DNA from: Diadema antillarum
Taxonomy: Eukaryota
Direction of reading: 5' to 3'
DNA: 64,000 nucleotides
Assembly: GCF_040938485.1 (NCBI RefSeq)
Contig: NW_027271643.1
Coordinates: 682,001-746,000, forward strand
Part shown: piece by piece, positions 38,521-50,317 of the stretch
Layout: each line of letters begins with the position of its first letter
Numbering within the stretch: position 1 is the first letter of the stretch
Translations under genes and position numbers: made by a program
The notes under the pieces: model-generated
What the model was told of the DNA's origin: nothing
What the model saw: only the letters and a program-made list of their open reading frames with translations
Database searches by the model: none

Positions 38521-40032
38521 CTACGTCTCAGTCTCCTGCAAGACAACTACAGCTGCTGATTGAGAAGAGCTATTTAGCTCTGTGAGAGGGAGAGGGTTAA
38601 CACAACCATTGGTCGTCGTCTGCACGTTCCCTTCCGACGATCCGGATCGATACACCGATCCTCGTCCTAACAAAACAGTTTGGGAATCTTTCTTAAGAGA
38701 GCTACTGTTGCTCAGCGATCGGTCCTGGTCGGTCGTCTGCGCGCAACACAATAAATTTCTCGTTCTAAGAAAGCGCTTGAACTCATCGTGGAAACATGCA
38801 AAGAGCACAGGGTTGATCAGTGAGTTAACAGCGCCCATTATATTTGCGATGACCATAAACGAGAACCCGTTGTTCCTGAAGAATCCAAAATAGATGTAGT
38901 AGAGATTTATATAAAAGTAGATGGAGTAACAACAACAATACGAGACGACTGAGCAACCCATGATCCTTAGAACGTTGCGTGACGCCCGACGAGACGGTCT
39001 GCGGCGGATACCATGTGAAGGTTCCTTTTTCAGGTAAATGGAAAATATTCTGTCGTCAGTCGATTTGGTGAAGGGTATGGTACGTCGAAGTGAAACCACG
39101 ATTTTTACGTAGAGACCCAGTGTGGTGAGAAGAATAGAGAGGTAGAAAATGACAAAGACTGTGGCCGTGTACACATGGGTGGTCACCGGATCCTCACTCG
39201 GCTTACTGCTCAGGCAGAAATGCATATCGAAGTATTTCGCGGCGTTGTCGGTCATCAGATACGACTCGCTCCGAACCTCGTGAAAGAGAAAGACGTTTCC
39301 GAACTGGGGGATGATGGCCACGGACCAAACGAGTATGAGAATGAAGCCGGCTCGGGTTTTGCTCGGCCTCGCCAGGGCCCTGGTCGTTAGGGGATGAATT
39401 ATCATGCAGTATCTGTCGATGTTGAGGGCTAGCTGGGTCATGATGGACGCAGTCCCGAAGAAGCAGCTGAAGAAAAAGGTCGTGATACACACCCACGAGT
39501 TGCTCTTATTAAACAAGGCTTCTGACACTCTTCCAGGGAGGAGGAATTGAATGTAAACGGGAGGACATTCCAGGATGACTACCATTAGATCGGAGAAGGC
39601 AAGACTCGCAACGTAAACGTTGTGTGACGACCTCCGAACCAGGTTCGATTTGGCCATGACCACCAGCACCAGAATGTTCATGACGACCGCAGAGAGGATG
39701 ACGAACCCGAATGCGATCATGAAGAAAGTGGCGACGTGGGGAATGAAGAGAGGATCGCGACAAACCTGCCTCTCCGCGGGGAAACCGGGCCGACAAGACC
39801 AATGTTCTGATGGCAGGGTTGTGCTGGCTTCAATTAACGTTCTGTCTGCTGTTACACATATTGACGAATTGTTGCTACAGTCACTCGAGTCGTCAGAATA
39901 ATTGCCAGGGCGAGTTTTGATCTGCAACCAAGGGCTGGTGTTAATGTCTGTAACGTTAATAACGATATCTGTCACAATTTCAGTGATCACCGTAACAACA
40001 TGTGCCCGCTCTTCAGTGCGAAACTGATCCAT
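38521..40032 (-). CDS. Rhodopsin-family (class A) orphan GPCR, neuropeptide-receptor-like, intronless CDS, 503 aa
   Basis: Seven hydrophobic segments; TM1 N, TM2 SLAFSD, TM3 Cys and DRY..I.HP, TM4 W, ECL2 Cys, TM7 NS.INP, helix-8 EFKR; N-terminal N-glycosylation sequons. Confidence 0.92.
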   Translation of the reverse strand: MDQFRTEERAHVVTVITEIVTDIVINVTDINTSPWLQIKTRPGNYSDDSSDCSNNSSICVTADRTLIEASTTLPSEHWSCRPGFPAERQVCRDPLFIPHVATFFMIAFGFVILSAVVMNILVLVVMAKSNLVRRSSHNVYVASLAFSDLMVVILECPPVYIQFLLPGRVSEALFNKSNSWVCITTFFFSCFFGTASIMTQLALNIDRYCMIIHPLTTRALARPSKTRAGFILILVWSVAIIPQFGNVFLFHEVRSESYLMTDNAAKYFDMHFCLSSKPSEDPVTTHVYTATVFVIFYLSILLTTLGLYVKIVVSLRRTIPFTKSTDDRIFSIYLKKEPSHGIRRRPSRRASRNVLRIMGCSVVSYCCCYSIYFYINLYYIYFGFFRNNGFSFMVIANIMGAVNSLINPVLFACFHDEFKRFLRTRNLLCCAQTTDQDRSLSNSSSLKKDSQTVLLGRGSVYRSGSSEGNVQTTTNGCVNPLPLTELNSSSQSAAVVVLQETET

Positions 40033-42738
40033 ATTAGCTGTCAGTCACATATATTATGACAGCGTACAAAACATTCCGATCGACCGCGGAAAAATGGTCA
40101 TGCGTCAGTTCCTGCATCTTTGCGAAATGAACATCGCGCGAGAGGAAAAAGTAAAGTATCATAGTAAGATGTTGAGCAAGGCTGAAAACTTGTGAAACGA
40201 TCCGTTTGCTTTCAGTACCTGCTCATGCCTTTCAGATCGTTGTGGTGAATTAGAAGAAAGACGAAATCCTCCTCTCCGCCCTCATGTTCCTCTCTATCTA
40301 GCACCCAAGTCATCACTCACGCCACACGACCGCTCACGATGATTCCCATTCATCAGTACCACTTTGTTGATCTGGCAAACCGACGTCTAAAAGCAATAGG
40401 CGGGGAGGGAGGGAAAGAGGTAGGGAGGGAGGGCTAGGGAGGGGGAGGGGAGGGGGTTGTCTGGGCGCGCATGCGTAGACGCTGATAAGCGATGCTCCGC
40501 ACTTTCCCAACAAAATTGCTATCGTCACACATAAATCCTAAAAGAAGTATCAAACTGATCTACACCCTTCGTGATAGTTCTTGAAATCGTGTAATAATAA
40601 ATAGTCACCCGGTATCGCAGACAACTAGCGACTGTTTGCAGTCGCCTGTGATTGATTACGCGCCAATTTCGTTCGGTAGCAACGGAACACCGCGCTCGAT
40701 GTTTGTATAATCGCCAGCTCTTATTGAGTACCCGCTTTGATGGACATAAATAAATGTGTGTTCTTGATTATTAATTATCCTCGCATCATCCGATGGTACA
40801 TGTCAATGAATATACGCTTGACTACTATGCGTACGGAACTAAAATGCAACTTATGAAACTTTCGAACACATCAGAGCTATATAAACGTCGGAATCTTTTC
40901 TTTAAAAACAAAACAAACAATGAAAAACAACAGCAAACGAGTGAAAATTTTCAAAGTGGTTCAAATATTGTTATTCTGATTTGTAATTTTCAGACATGTT
41001 GCCAGTTAACCAACTGCGCAGTGGAACTTTGTTGGTCATATAGGTACCTACATGAGAATTTCATAATCTTGTCGGAACGTGGTAAATAATCTTATTAAAG
41101 TTGATCAATGCATGGTAAACATATTTTGTTTTAAATCTGAAAATAGTTCACTGTGTAGATGAGATGATGACTGCGATAATAATCATTCATGTCATGATAC
41201 TCTTTGCTTGTTCGCTTTTGAATACTTCATTTTTTTTTTCGTAATTGTTATTCTCCGTTACATTCTTTTTTTCACCTGTCTATACCTTTCGTTATTTCTC
41301 AATTTCTGTTTCTTAGTAGAGTACCGAACTTTTCTTTCTTCACCATGATTATGCAAATTTCATCAATTTGATTTATACAAAATGTTTTTACTGTGCGAGA
41401 ATAATGATGCTGCAAAATTTGTGTCCGCTACCATTTTTACGTTCATGATACAACTACTTTTAAAATGTAATATGCTGAATAAAACTGGATGAAACCATAT
41501 CAGGAATTTATATCAAAACATGAACGTCAATTCATCCAAAAGGGTAGTTTAACAGTGATGTAATTAAAACTGTTTTCAAAATGATCATGACTATTACATT
41601 ACTATACAAACATCAGCGGGTGTGTGAATAGAAAAGTTAATCGTTTGCTCTCGAAACGTACATGAGGCAATGATCTATCCCCCTTACTTTTCATATCTTG
41701 CGCCACAATGACAAATGTTTATGTACTATGCCACTCGCGACCTGACGACGACATTTGTAGGTATTTGACCCACGTTACCTACTTCCCATTCACAACTGTC
41801 ACAGTTTTGTATTCAACGAATTGTTGGGTGGGGTAAAAGTTTAAGTATGTACACTGTATACTTACATGTCCCATGCCACTTGAGACACTACACCAGTGTA
41901 CCCCCCTCTCCTATTCCCTTCTCTATCTCGGCTTCTCTTGCATAGATGATATTATTGGCAAAATGAATGAGTGAAATGCGTTTGAGAGCAGGTCTGTATT
42001 TCCCTTCTCCTTGCTGTTTCTTTATTTTTAAAAAAATGTGATAAGAGTATCCCATTTCTAGTCAAAAGTCTGAGTTTTTAAGACCCCTTTAGTTTCTTGT
42101 TCTTCGATGTCACAATTTGCAGTACTCGTACGAAAAAAAAAATGATGTGGTTAAATACATTTTCTCTTGGGCAGGAAAGGTATAAAGAGAAGTTGTAAAA
42201 TTATGCAAAACATCGTTAGAGAATAAAGAAGGGAGAGGATTAGGGTGGGGTCACACACTCCGTCGGCACGGATATCGTACATTTACAGGCAGTAAGTGCG
42301 TTGTAAGTATCAATGCAAACACCGCATAATTCGAAAACTGCAATAAATGGGAGAGCCTGCCAGTGTTTACCTCGCAGCGAGATATCATGACGACCATAAT
42401 TTGCCGCTAGCTCGCAGGCGATTCCACAGAGAGAGCGCATGAACGTGCATTTCTGGGCGAGTTTATCGGCTTTTATGAGATCAACTAACCCTCTTTCCGA
42501 CAGCGAATTCTTTATTGTTATATGGCGAACCCGCACGTGTCACACACATCACGTGCAAAAGCTTTGGGATGAGGGCCCCCTGTGTTTACTAACGTAAACA
42601 CGCAGTCTCATTATAAAATCAAGACAAGCTTACATTTTGCTCCGTTACATGCACGTCATTTAAAAAACCACCATACGACAGTACATGCATTTATAAGTCG
42701 ACATCTCGATCTTTTGGCACGTGATTGGAAATGTTTTA

Positions 42739-42884
42739 CACTACACCCAAATTATAACGATTACGGTTATAACAAAATTCTCTTTAAAACGAAAAAAAAA
42801 ATCCGGTCCCAAAATATACCATCTTCATAATCATATCTATGTACTTTTCTGTTCTAAGGACTTCGTTATAACGGGAGTGCACTG
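42739..42884. mobile_element. Third copy of the TA-MITE family
   Basis: Right end ggacttcgttataacgggagtgcactg|TA matches 412-598; left end degenerate. Confidence 0.6.
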
Positions 42885-43439
42885 TAGCTCTGTGATTCGG
42901 CCAAATTTGGCACTGATGAATTTCATCTGGAAATCCCCTCCCCCCCCCCCCCCCCCCCCTCCCCCTTCGAGCAGGAGCTACATATGTATGGCATTTTGAG
43001 TGTCGGCTCATGAATGTTCATCAGAACATCACACATGCTTGAAAATATACTAACCATCAAGGATGCCCATGACGGAGACGATATGCATAATCTACTGTTG
43101 CTATGAAGAAGTAGAAGAGGAAGTAGACAGAACTAGAAATGTCGCTATGGCGACTGATGCCTCCGCCATAATGCATGACTCTCCCAATAGGTGTATAGTA
43201 CAATGTCTTCACAATGTGTGATGACAGTTTCACATAACTGGCAAAATAGTGAAATGACAGGTTTGTCAGAAATATCTTGAATGTTCACTTTCCTTGAACT
43301 AGGTTTTGCTATAATTGTCTAAGAGTGCAGGTACAAGTATTTGGGGAATTGAGGATTTTTACTTGACTCCTGACCGACCCTTGAGTAATTTTCAAGGTAC
43401 GAAGAAAGAGTGTAATTACAGTATGAAATAGATTTTTTT

Positions 43440-44452
43440 TTGGTTGCATTTAAACCTGGCCTTTCACCCTTAACATATGACCTTTGACCTTCTGACTAAA
43501 AATTTCAAAGAGAATCTCCATTAGGTAATACATGTATATATTAAGTTTTAAAAATAATAATGCAAGCATTGCATCTATATACATTGTACTAGTATATGAG
43601 GGAAAAAGTAAAATTTTGAGGAGCTGACCTTGAACTTTGACCCCTGACTATTGACTCATGACCCCTAAATTCCCTAGATAATCCCTGCCAGTCAGTACAT
43701 GCGTATCGTATGTAGCAAGTTCCATGAAGATACATTGAACCATATGCGAGAAAAGTGAAATTGTAACATTTTCACCTGACCTTTGACCTTTTGACCTTTG
43801 ACCTTATGACATGGAACTCTCTCTGGAGAATCTCTAGGCGGTAGTACATGTCTACACTAAGTTTCAAGAAAATATCTTCTGGCATTGCATGAATATGAGG
43901 AAATAGCAACATTTTTAGCATTTGACCTTGACCTTTTGACCTTTGACCTCTGACCAATGTCACTAAAATCTACTCAACTAATTGTCCCATCATACATCAT
44001 CCTTGGACCAAGTATGGTGAAAGCTACTTCATCCAGTTTTGAGTTATCACATAAACAGATAAATTTTAGGATTTGACCTTGAGCTTTGACCTTTGACCTC
44101 TGTCCGATTTTACTAAAAAATTAATCAAGTAATTGTCCCATCATACATCATCCTCGGACAAAGTTTGGTGAAATATGATTGATCCAGTCTTGACTTATCG
44201 CGTAAACGGATACAATTTCATGATTTGACCTTGACCTATGACCTTTGACCTTTGGCCGTTTCACCCAAAATCTAATCATACTTTAATCATACCCCATCAT
44301 ACTTTATACTTGGACCAAGTTTGGTAAAATTCCAATCAATATTACTCAAGTTATCGCGTAAACGAATGCGGACGGACGTACGGACGTACGGACGGACGGA
44401 CAACATGAAAACATAATGCCTCCGGCACCACTTCGTGGCGGAGGCATAAAAA
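43440..44452 (-). mobile_element. Helentron-associated (HINE/DINE-1/Tsp-like) element
   Basis: Many tgacctttgacc repeats, a (GGAC)n microsatellite at ~44370-44400, terminal hairpin atgcctccg...cggaggcat (~44416-44447) and an A-run. Left boundary approximate. Confidence 0.6.
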
Positions 44453-47400
44453 TCAGTCTGTCCGGGGGAGTCTTTTATCATTTTTTTTTAAACTTTATCG
44501 GCTCTCCTCCGTAGAGGGGATCCGTGAAGCCAGACGCAGTCTCCGCGGAACATATCCCCAAACGACCCAGATACAGACCGATCTTTCGGTCAAAAGAGGA
44601 AGAATTAAAGAGGAAGAAGTAGAATAAGGAGAAAAGAAGACAAGCATGAAGAAAGAGAATAAAAGATAGGAAACAAAGAAAAGGAAATGATTAAAGCAAA
44701 ATGAAGAACTTAGAACTTGACTGCAAAAGGATCTGGGTTAAAGAGTGTTAACCTTTTGAAATTTGCCTTGATGAAAGATCAATTATGCTTACACAGCATG
44801 ATGAAAACCACTTCCAAAAGAAGGTAAAAAGGTAAAAGGTTTGAGAGAAAATCACGTTTAGAACTGGCCAATCTATTTGCTTATCATATGAAGTTGTTTT
44901 TTTTTTTTTACTGTTCGAGTAGGACTGTAAAGTCTAAAGATTTTGCATCACCTTTCATTATCACTTTTTANNNNNNNNNNNNNNNNNNNNNNNNNNNNNN
45001 NNNNNNNNNNNNNNNNNNNNNNNNNNNNNNNNNNNNNNNNNNNNNNNNNNNNNNNNNNNNNNNNNNNNNNNNNNNNNNNNNNNNNNNNNNNNNNNNNNNN
45101 NNNNNNNNNNNNNNNNNNNNNNNNNNNNNNNNNNNNNAACAGAGCATAAAAGAACCGCCGGTATTCTTGAAGATTCGGCATTATTGGTAACTGCTTCTCT
45201 GCGTCTGAGTGTAACGTACATATTGTTTGTTTGTGTGTGTGTGTTAACATCGAATGAACACATTCTGCTTTTTGAGATATGACACTTTCTTATATAATTA
45301 TTGTAAAGAATCAAAACCTGCGATTTGAAGTCACAAAAGCACAATTTTGTTTGATATCGGAAAGGACAATAACGGATTTGTATGTAACTACAGAGTTTTG
45401 AACCACAGAAAACATTCGGTACCAATGTCTGTCACGGCTGTCGAGCCCCGTTTACTCCAGTAGTCCGACTTTGTTTATAGTACCGTATATGTATCGCAAT
45501 TTTCATATCACAACGAAATTCTAATCTTGAGAATAGCTTGCTTTCATCAATCTATTCTGATTCAGTGATTATGAATTCCATATAATTACGCCAAACAAAA
45601 TCATGCTGTTTTAAAATAATCTGTAAGTCAATATTTTGAAAAGCGAGAAACGGACATCGCTTTGTTAAAAAAAATACAATATATTTCACAACATGAGGTT
45701 CCTGACAATGACCAGTTTTGGTCTCTGATCTTACACGGTACATCATACAATTCAAAGATACAGACACTGATCTGTCTCTGTCTTACGAAACAAGTTACCA
45801 TGTAAACTTTAATCAATCTCACATTTTGCATTGAGATTTGAGCGAGTCGATGTCAAATGTAAGAGCACAATGAATCAAATACGCGGCCTCTGTACTTCAA
45901 AAAAACGAAAACGACATTGCATTGCATTAACAATTCAAAATGCTGCGATGAAAATCTATTTCGTCTCTCTATGATGTGGATACACATGCATCTCAATGTC
46001 AAAACAAAACAAAAACAAAACAAAACACGTTCGTTTTGAAACATTACGCTTCACAAGATGATCATAACAGTAAAACCATACTTTGATCGGCATTTTATCC
46101 AACTTTTGGCGGTTTCATATTTCAGTGTATCGCTATAAGCTAGCCAAAAACGGAGTGAAAGATAGACACACGGAAAGGCAAGAAGAAAAAGACAAAGAAA
46201 CAACAGGGAAAATGCTGTCTGTGTGAACCTCGCTGATTGCAACATAATTTATTCACTCCTGCCTCTAATAATTTCTTGAAGTCACTGAAAAATACACATC
46301 CAGGAAGATATTATCCTAGGGAAATATTCGTAATTTATGTGTATTTTGCAATACCTCCATTTCTCCTCATAAAGAATGAATTACATAATTAAACATTGTC
46401 GCATAAATTCTTTGGCGATGAAATAAAACCTCTGTCCTCTTTTTACAAGACAGTAAAGACAGCATCCATCAGTGAAATATGACAGCAATTCGTTTTAACA
46501 GGGAAGAGAAATCTGCGACAACATAACAAATAGCACACTGGTAGATGACTTAAAATGTCATAATTGAAATGAGTTGACTTAAAGAGAGAAATTCTAGATA
46601 TTTAAAGTAAATGCATTGTTAATGGAATTGTGAATCCATCACACTGGCAACCACGACAACAATTTGACTTGATGAACACTCTGTAATAATCTAGGCAGAG
46701 AGCTTATCTAATTAGACGTATTCTACCATTTACTCGGCCTGTATCACTCAAACTAAATGTTAATAGGCCTACTATAAAAGAGTTTGAGCTGAACATCTGA
46801 GCGAACTTCTTTGAGGCCCCCTTTCAAAAAGACATTTGCAAACGTCAAATTGTAGCATAGGTGAACATAATTGTGATCGTTGGCATAGCAACAACTTTCA
46901 GGGCTTTCAGCTGAATGAAACTCGCCTAGCTGCCGCCACAGTAATGGCTCTTTTTGTGCTTTTGTGCTTCACGAAATGGTTCAACACTCATGTTTTCAAT
47001 CCATCAATCAAAAACCATTTTCATAATTTAAAGAACATATCCATGCACCAAAATACATTAATTTATCACGCGTGACGAACGGTAGCACAAGAGTCTTTCA
47101 TGCAACAGAGCGCAAACACCGACGAGATCGCATTTTCGGAGGGGGTTGGAAAACGCGCCTCATCATCACCACCGAACAATGCTGAGTGACGCGTGACAAC
47201 ATTAATCATTAGAAATCCTGGGCACAGAGGCGCCAGGTGCTACACTTCCCACACACCTAGCTAGCTTTAATATGAATTCATAGGGCTGCAGCGTCACGTG
47301 TCTCTCTAGAGCAAGCTACAACATTTGGGAGCGCGTGACTGGTCGCTACATTCCCCGCATAAAATTTCTACAGCGGAATAGGAAATGTGAAGGTGATTTG

Positions 47401-47479
47401 GATGAAGAAGTGGTAAACTTTTATTTATATACAAATGTAGTTTCTTCGGAAATCGTGTTTTAATTGCTCAAATGTACAA

Positions 47480-48000
47480 AATTTCCAGGCTTCAACATTT
47501 GAAAATTTGATATCTCATTTTTTTTTTTTGGGGGGGGGGGGTACATTGTAGTATGTTGTAGTCATAAGTCTGAAGTTTTGCTCAAAAATTGAACCAACTG
47601 AGATTACAAGTTAACTGTTGAATGAAGTCTCTAAGCTACCCAAATGTTTCAATTTTTTAACTTTTTGTGAGATACATGTACCAAGAAAACACTTGAAATA
47701 GTACAGAGCATACCATTTGAAGTGGAATTCAAGGTTTATTTGATGAAAATCGGATTTGGAATGACTGAAACATCCAAAAACAAAGTAAAACAAAGCAATT
47801 GTAATAAAATGTGGGTCCCACAATTTATTAGAATCGCTGTTTTGGATATCTCAGCCATTTCAAAACCAATTTTCATCAAATAAACGTTGAATTCCTCATG
47901 GAATTACATGCTCTTTCATATTTCATAAAAGGTTTCTCATTATCTCACCAAAAATGTTAGAAACCTGAAATTAGGTCTCAACCAAAACTATACCATACCT
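47480..48000. mobile_element. TTAA-ended element related to 1333-1660
   Basis: Ends taccatacct|TTAA; shared internal blocks with 1333-1660. Confidence 0.5.
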
Positions 48001-50113
48001 TTAACAGGTACATTGTATTTACATAGATGTTAAGTTTAGAAGTGTAAAATTAGTACAGTTACCTATTTTACAATTGTTTCTTTTTTAAAACCCATATATA
48101 CCTCCTTGTCTCAAGTTGGTTTTCTCCATTTTCCTGAAATGAACCATGCAGAAAGAACGATTGAAAACCCTTCAGAAATTCTAAACTCACTGAAAGAGTG
48201 ATACTTTGGCATATTTGGTGACAGAGTGTTGTCACGTTACAAAGGTCAATCTGGTACATCCTAATCCATTCATGGTGGTTGCCTCTGTACGATTTCACCA
48301 TGTTATTGTTCCAAACACAGTGAACGGTGAGTTATTGTATCTGTTTGTTTGTTTGTTTGGTTTGATTTATTTCTGCATTCAAGCAAATAAAGTTCAAACT
48401 CAATTTCCAAAAATATAAACACCGACAAATGCAATGATTGAAATTTGAACAAAAGTATTTCACAATTATCAATTTATTTGAATAAATCCTTATTCATTAT
48501 CATCAATGTATTCATTTTGATACAGACAACCTTGCCTAAGTCGAATCTATTTGGACTAAAGAAATAGTCTCAACTCAGAGAAAATTCAACTTATAAGGAA
48601 TTAAAAACAACAGAATATAAAGATGACTTGAAAAGATCTTTAACTTATGCGTTATTCAACTTTGGCAAATTTGATTGTATACCCATAACTTCATAGCCCT
48701 AGTTTTCAGAGGGATCGAGTCTTCTGCCTGGACTTTTTATAATTCAATTGAGCAAGTTTGGAACAATAACTTTTGATCATTCATGTATCATATCAAAGCT
48801 GAGAATCTCCTCATTTGGATTTTTTCTTATATCTAAAATTCCTGACGCTTTGGATGGTTTTGCAATACAAGGGCACACAAAGTTATACACAGCTTTTGAT
48901 GTTGCCGGATCCAGATAGCCGTGAAACCGTCGTTGCAACATAAGGCAGGTAAAAATATAAACAATTTGTGACACATGCATAGACAGTGTTAAGGTGATAT
49001 GAGAACATTCATGCAGCTAAAACACATTGATTTCCAACTCTCACGTGCCCTCCCAGTGCATGTGTGCCAGACATGTAGTATCTGTCACACACACTGAAGA
49101 TGCTACGTACTGGGATGAAGGCCTAAAATGGAAATTCCACACCACTTTAAAGTTAGTCTGTAAAGAAAAGGTAAAATTTCATAAGCACACCAGTGAAAAT
49201 TTGATCCAAATTGGATAAAAATTAGGGAAGTTACAAAACTGTGAAGTTCCACTAATTTTTGCACAACAGCTCTCAAACAGTTGATATGAATATGCATATG
49301 AGTAAGCTAAAGATGTCATCACCTCACAATTTGCCATTGAATACACACAAGAAATTGACTAAAACTATATTTTTCTGCTATTATACTCTAAAACATTACT
49401 TCTAGCTGAAATACTTCGGAATAATGATCAGTTAGATATATTAGGATAGGAGACTGAGACATAAATGCATTTGAACAAAAAAATAGGCATTTCCAGATTT
49501 TGTGCACAAACTATATGGCAAGTTGTGAGGGGATGACATCATCAGCTCACTCATTTTGTATATCTATGACTCTTCAAGAAGTGATTGCTGAAAATAAGGA
49601 AAACTTCTCAATTTCATCAAATTTGATCAAATTTTCACTATTATAAAGTTTTACTCTATCTTATCAGACAAACTTTTAACAGGTCTGAAATTCACTCTCA
49701 ACAAGGTTCAAATGGTTGATGGCTAGATTTAAGTACAACTGTACAGGCCTTGTGTCACCTATTTAGTGTATGTATATATATACATGTACCCACAGTACAG
49801 TGATATCACTGACCCTGTTTAAACTTGATGCTATTCTTCTTTCTTCAGAAAATACAAAATAACAACTTTCCATGACACAGAAAATGGAGATGTTCATTCT
49901 TCAGACAGACTGTCTAGGCAAGCACAAAATGTCAACAGAAGAAAACATGTTAAGCAACAACAACAAATAAATAAATGAGACAGCATTCTCCCTGATGTAT
50001 TTCAATATTTCATGGCTGCATGTATTTGCTATTTTTTGTTTCTCTTATTCCGAAAAACTTGTAGAAAAATAAAGATAAAAAAGATAAGTCCAGGACCATC
50101 AGGGTATTGTCCT

Positions 50114-50317
50114 TTAACTGTCTGTTTCCGTATCTTCCCCATCAGCCGGAGTACTTTCACAAGTTCTTGACTTGTTCTCTTCAGTGTCGGGAGGTTTGCC
50201 TCTCTCTTCCTCTGGTTTTGTCTGGCCCTTCTTCTCCCTGCTCTGGGCTGGTGTTGGCACGGTGCTGGCGTCCGGTCTTGGCGATGACTTGTTGCTGGAC
50301 TTTGCACTCTTCAGACC
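50114..50317 (-). CDS. SMN: SMN coding exon 8 (end of YG box + 67-aa tail, TAA)
   Basis: Acceptor ctgactgacctccgtgcag|GGT; GLKSAKSS...GEDTETDS*. Confidence 0.8.
   Translation of the reverse strand, partial: GLKSAKSSNKSSPRPDASTVPTPAQSREKKGQTKPEEERGKPPDTEENKSRTCESTPADGEDTETDS

Noticed and set aside
48340-48980. Possible decayed LINE 3' end (RRFHGYLDPATSKAVYNFV; aataaa + (CAAA)n tail on the minus strand)
   Set aside because: Resemblance too weak to call without an alignment.
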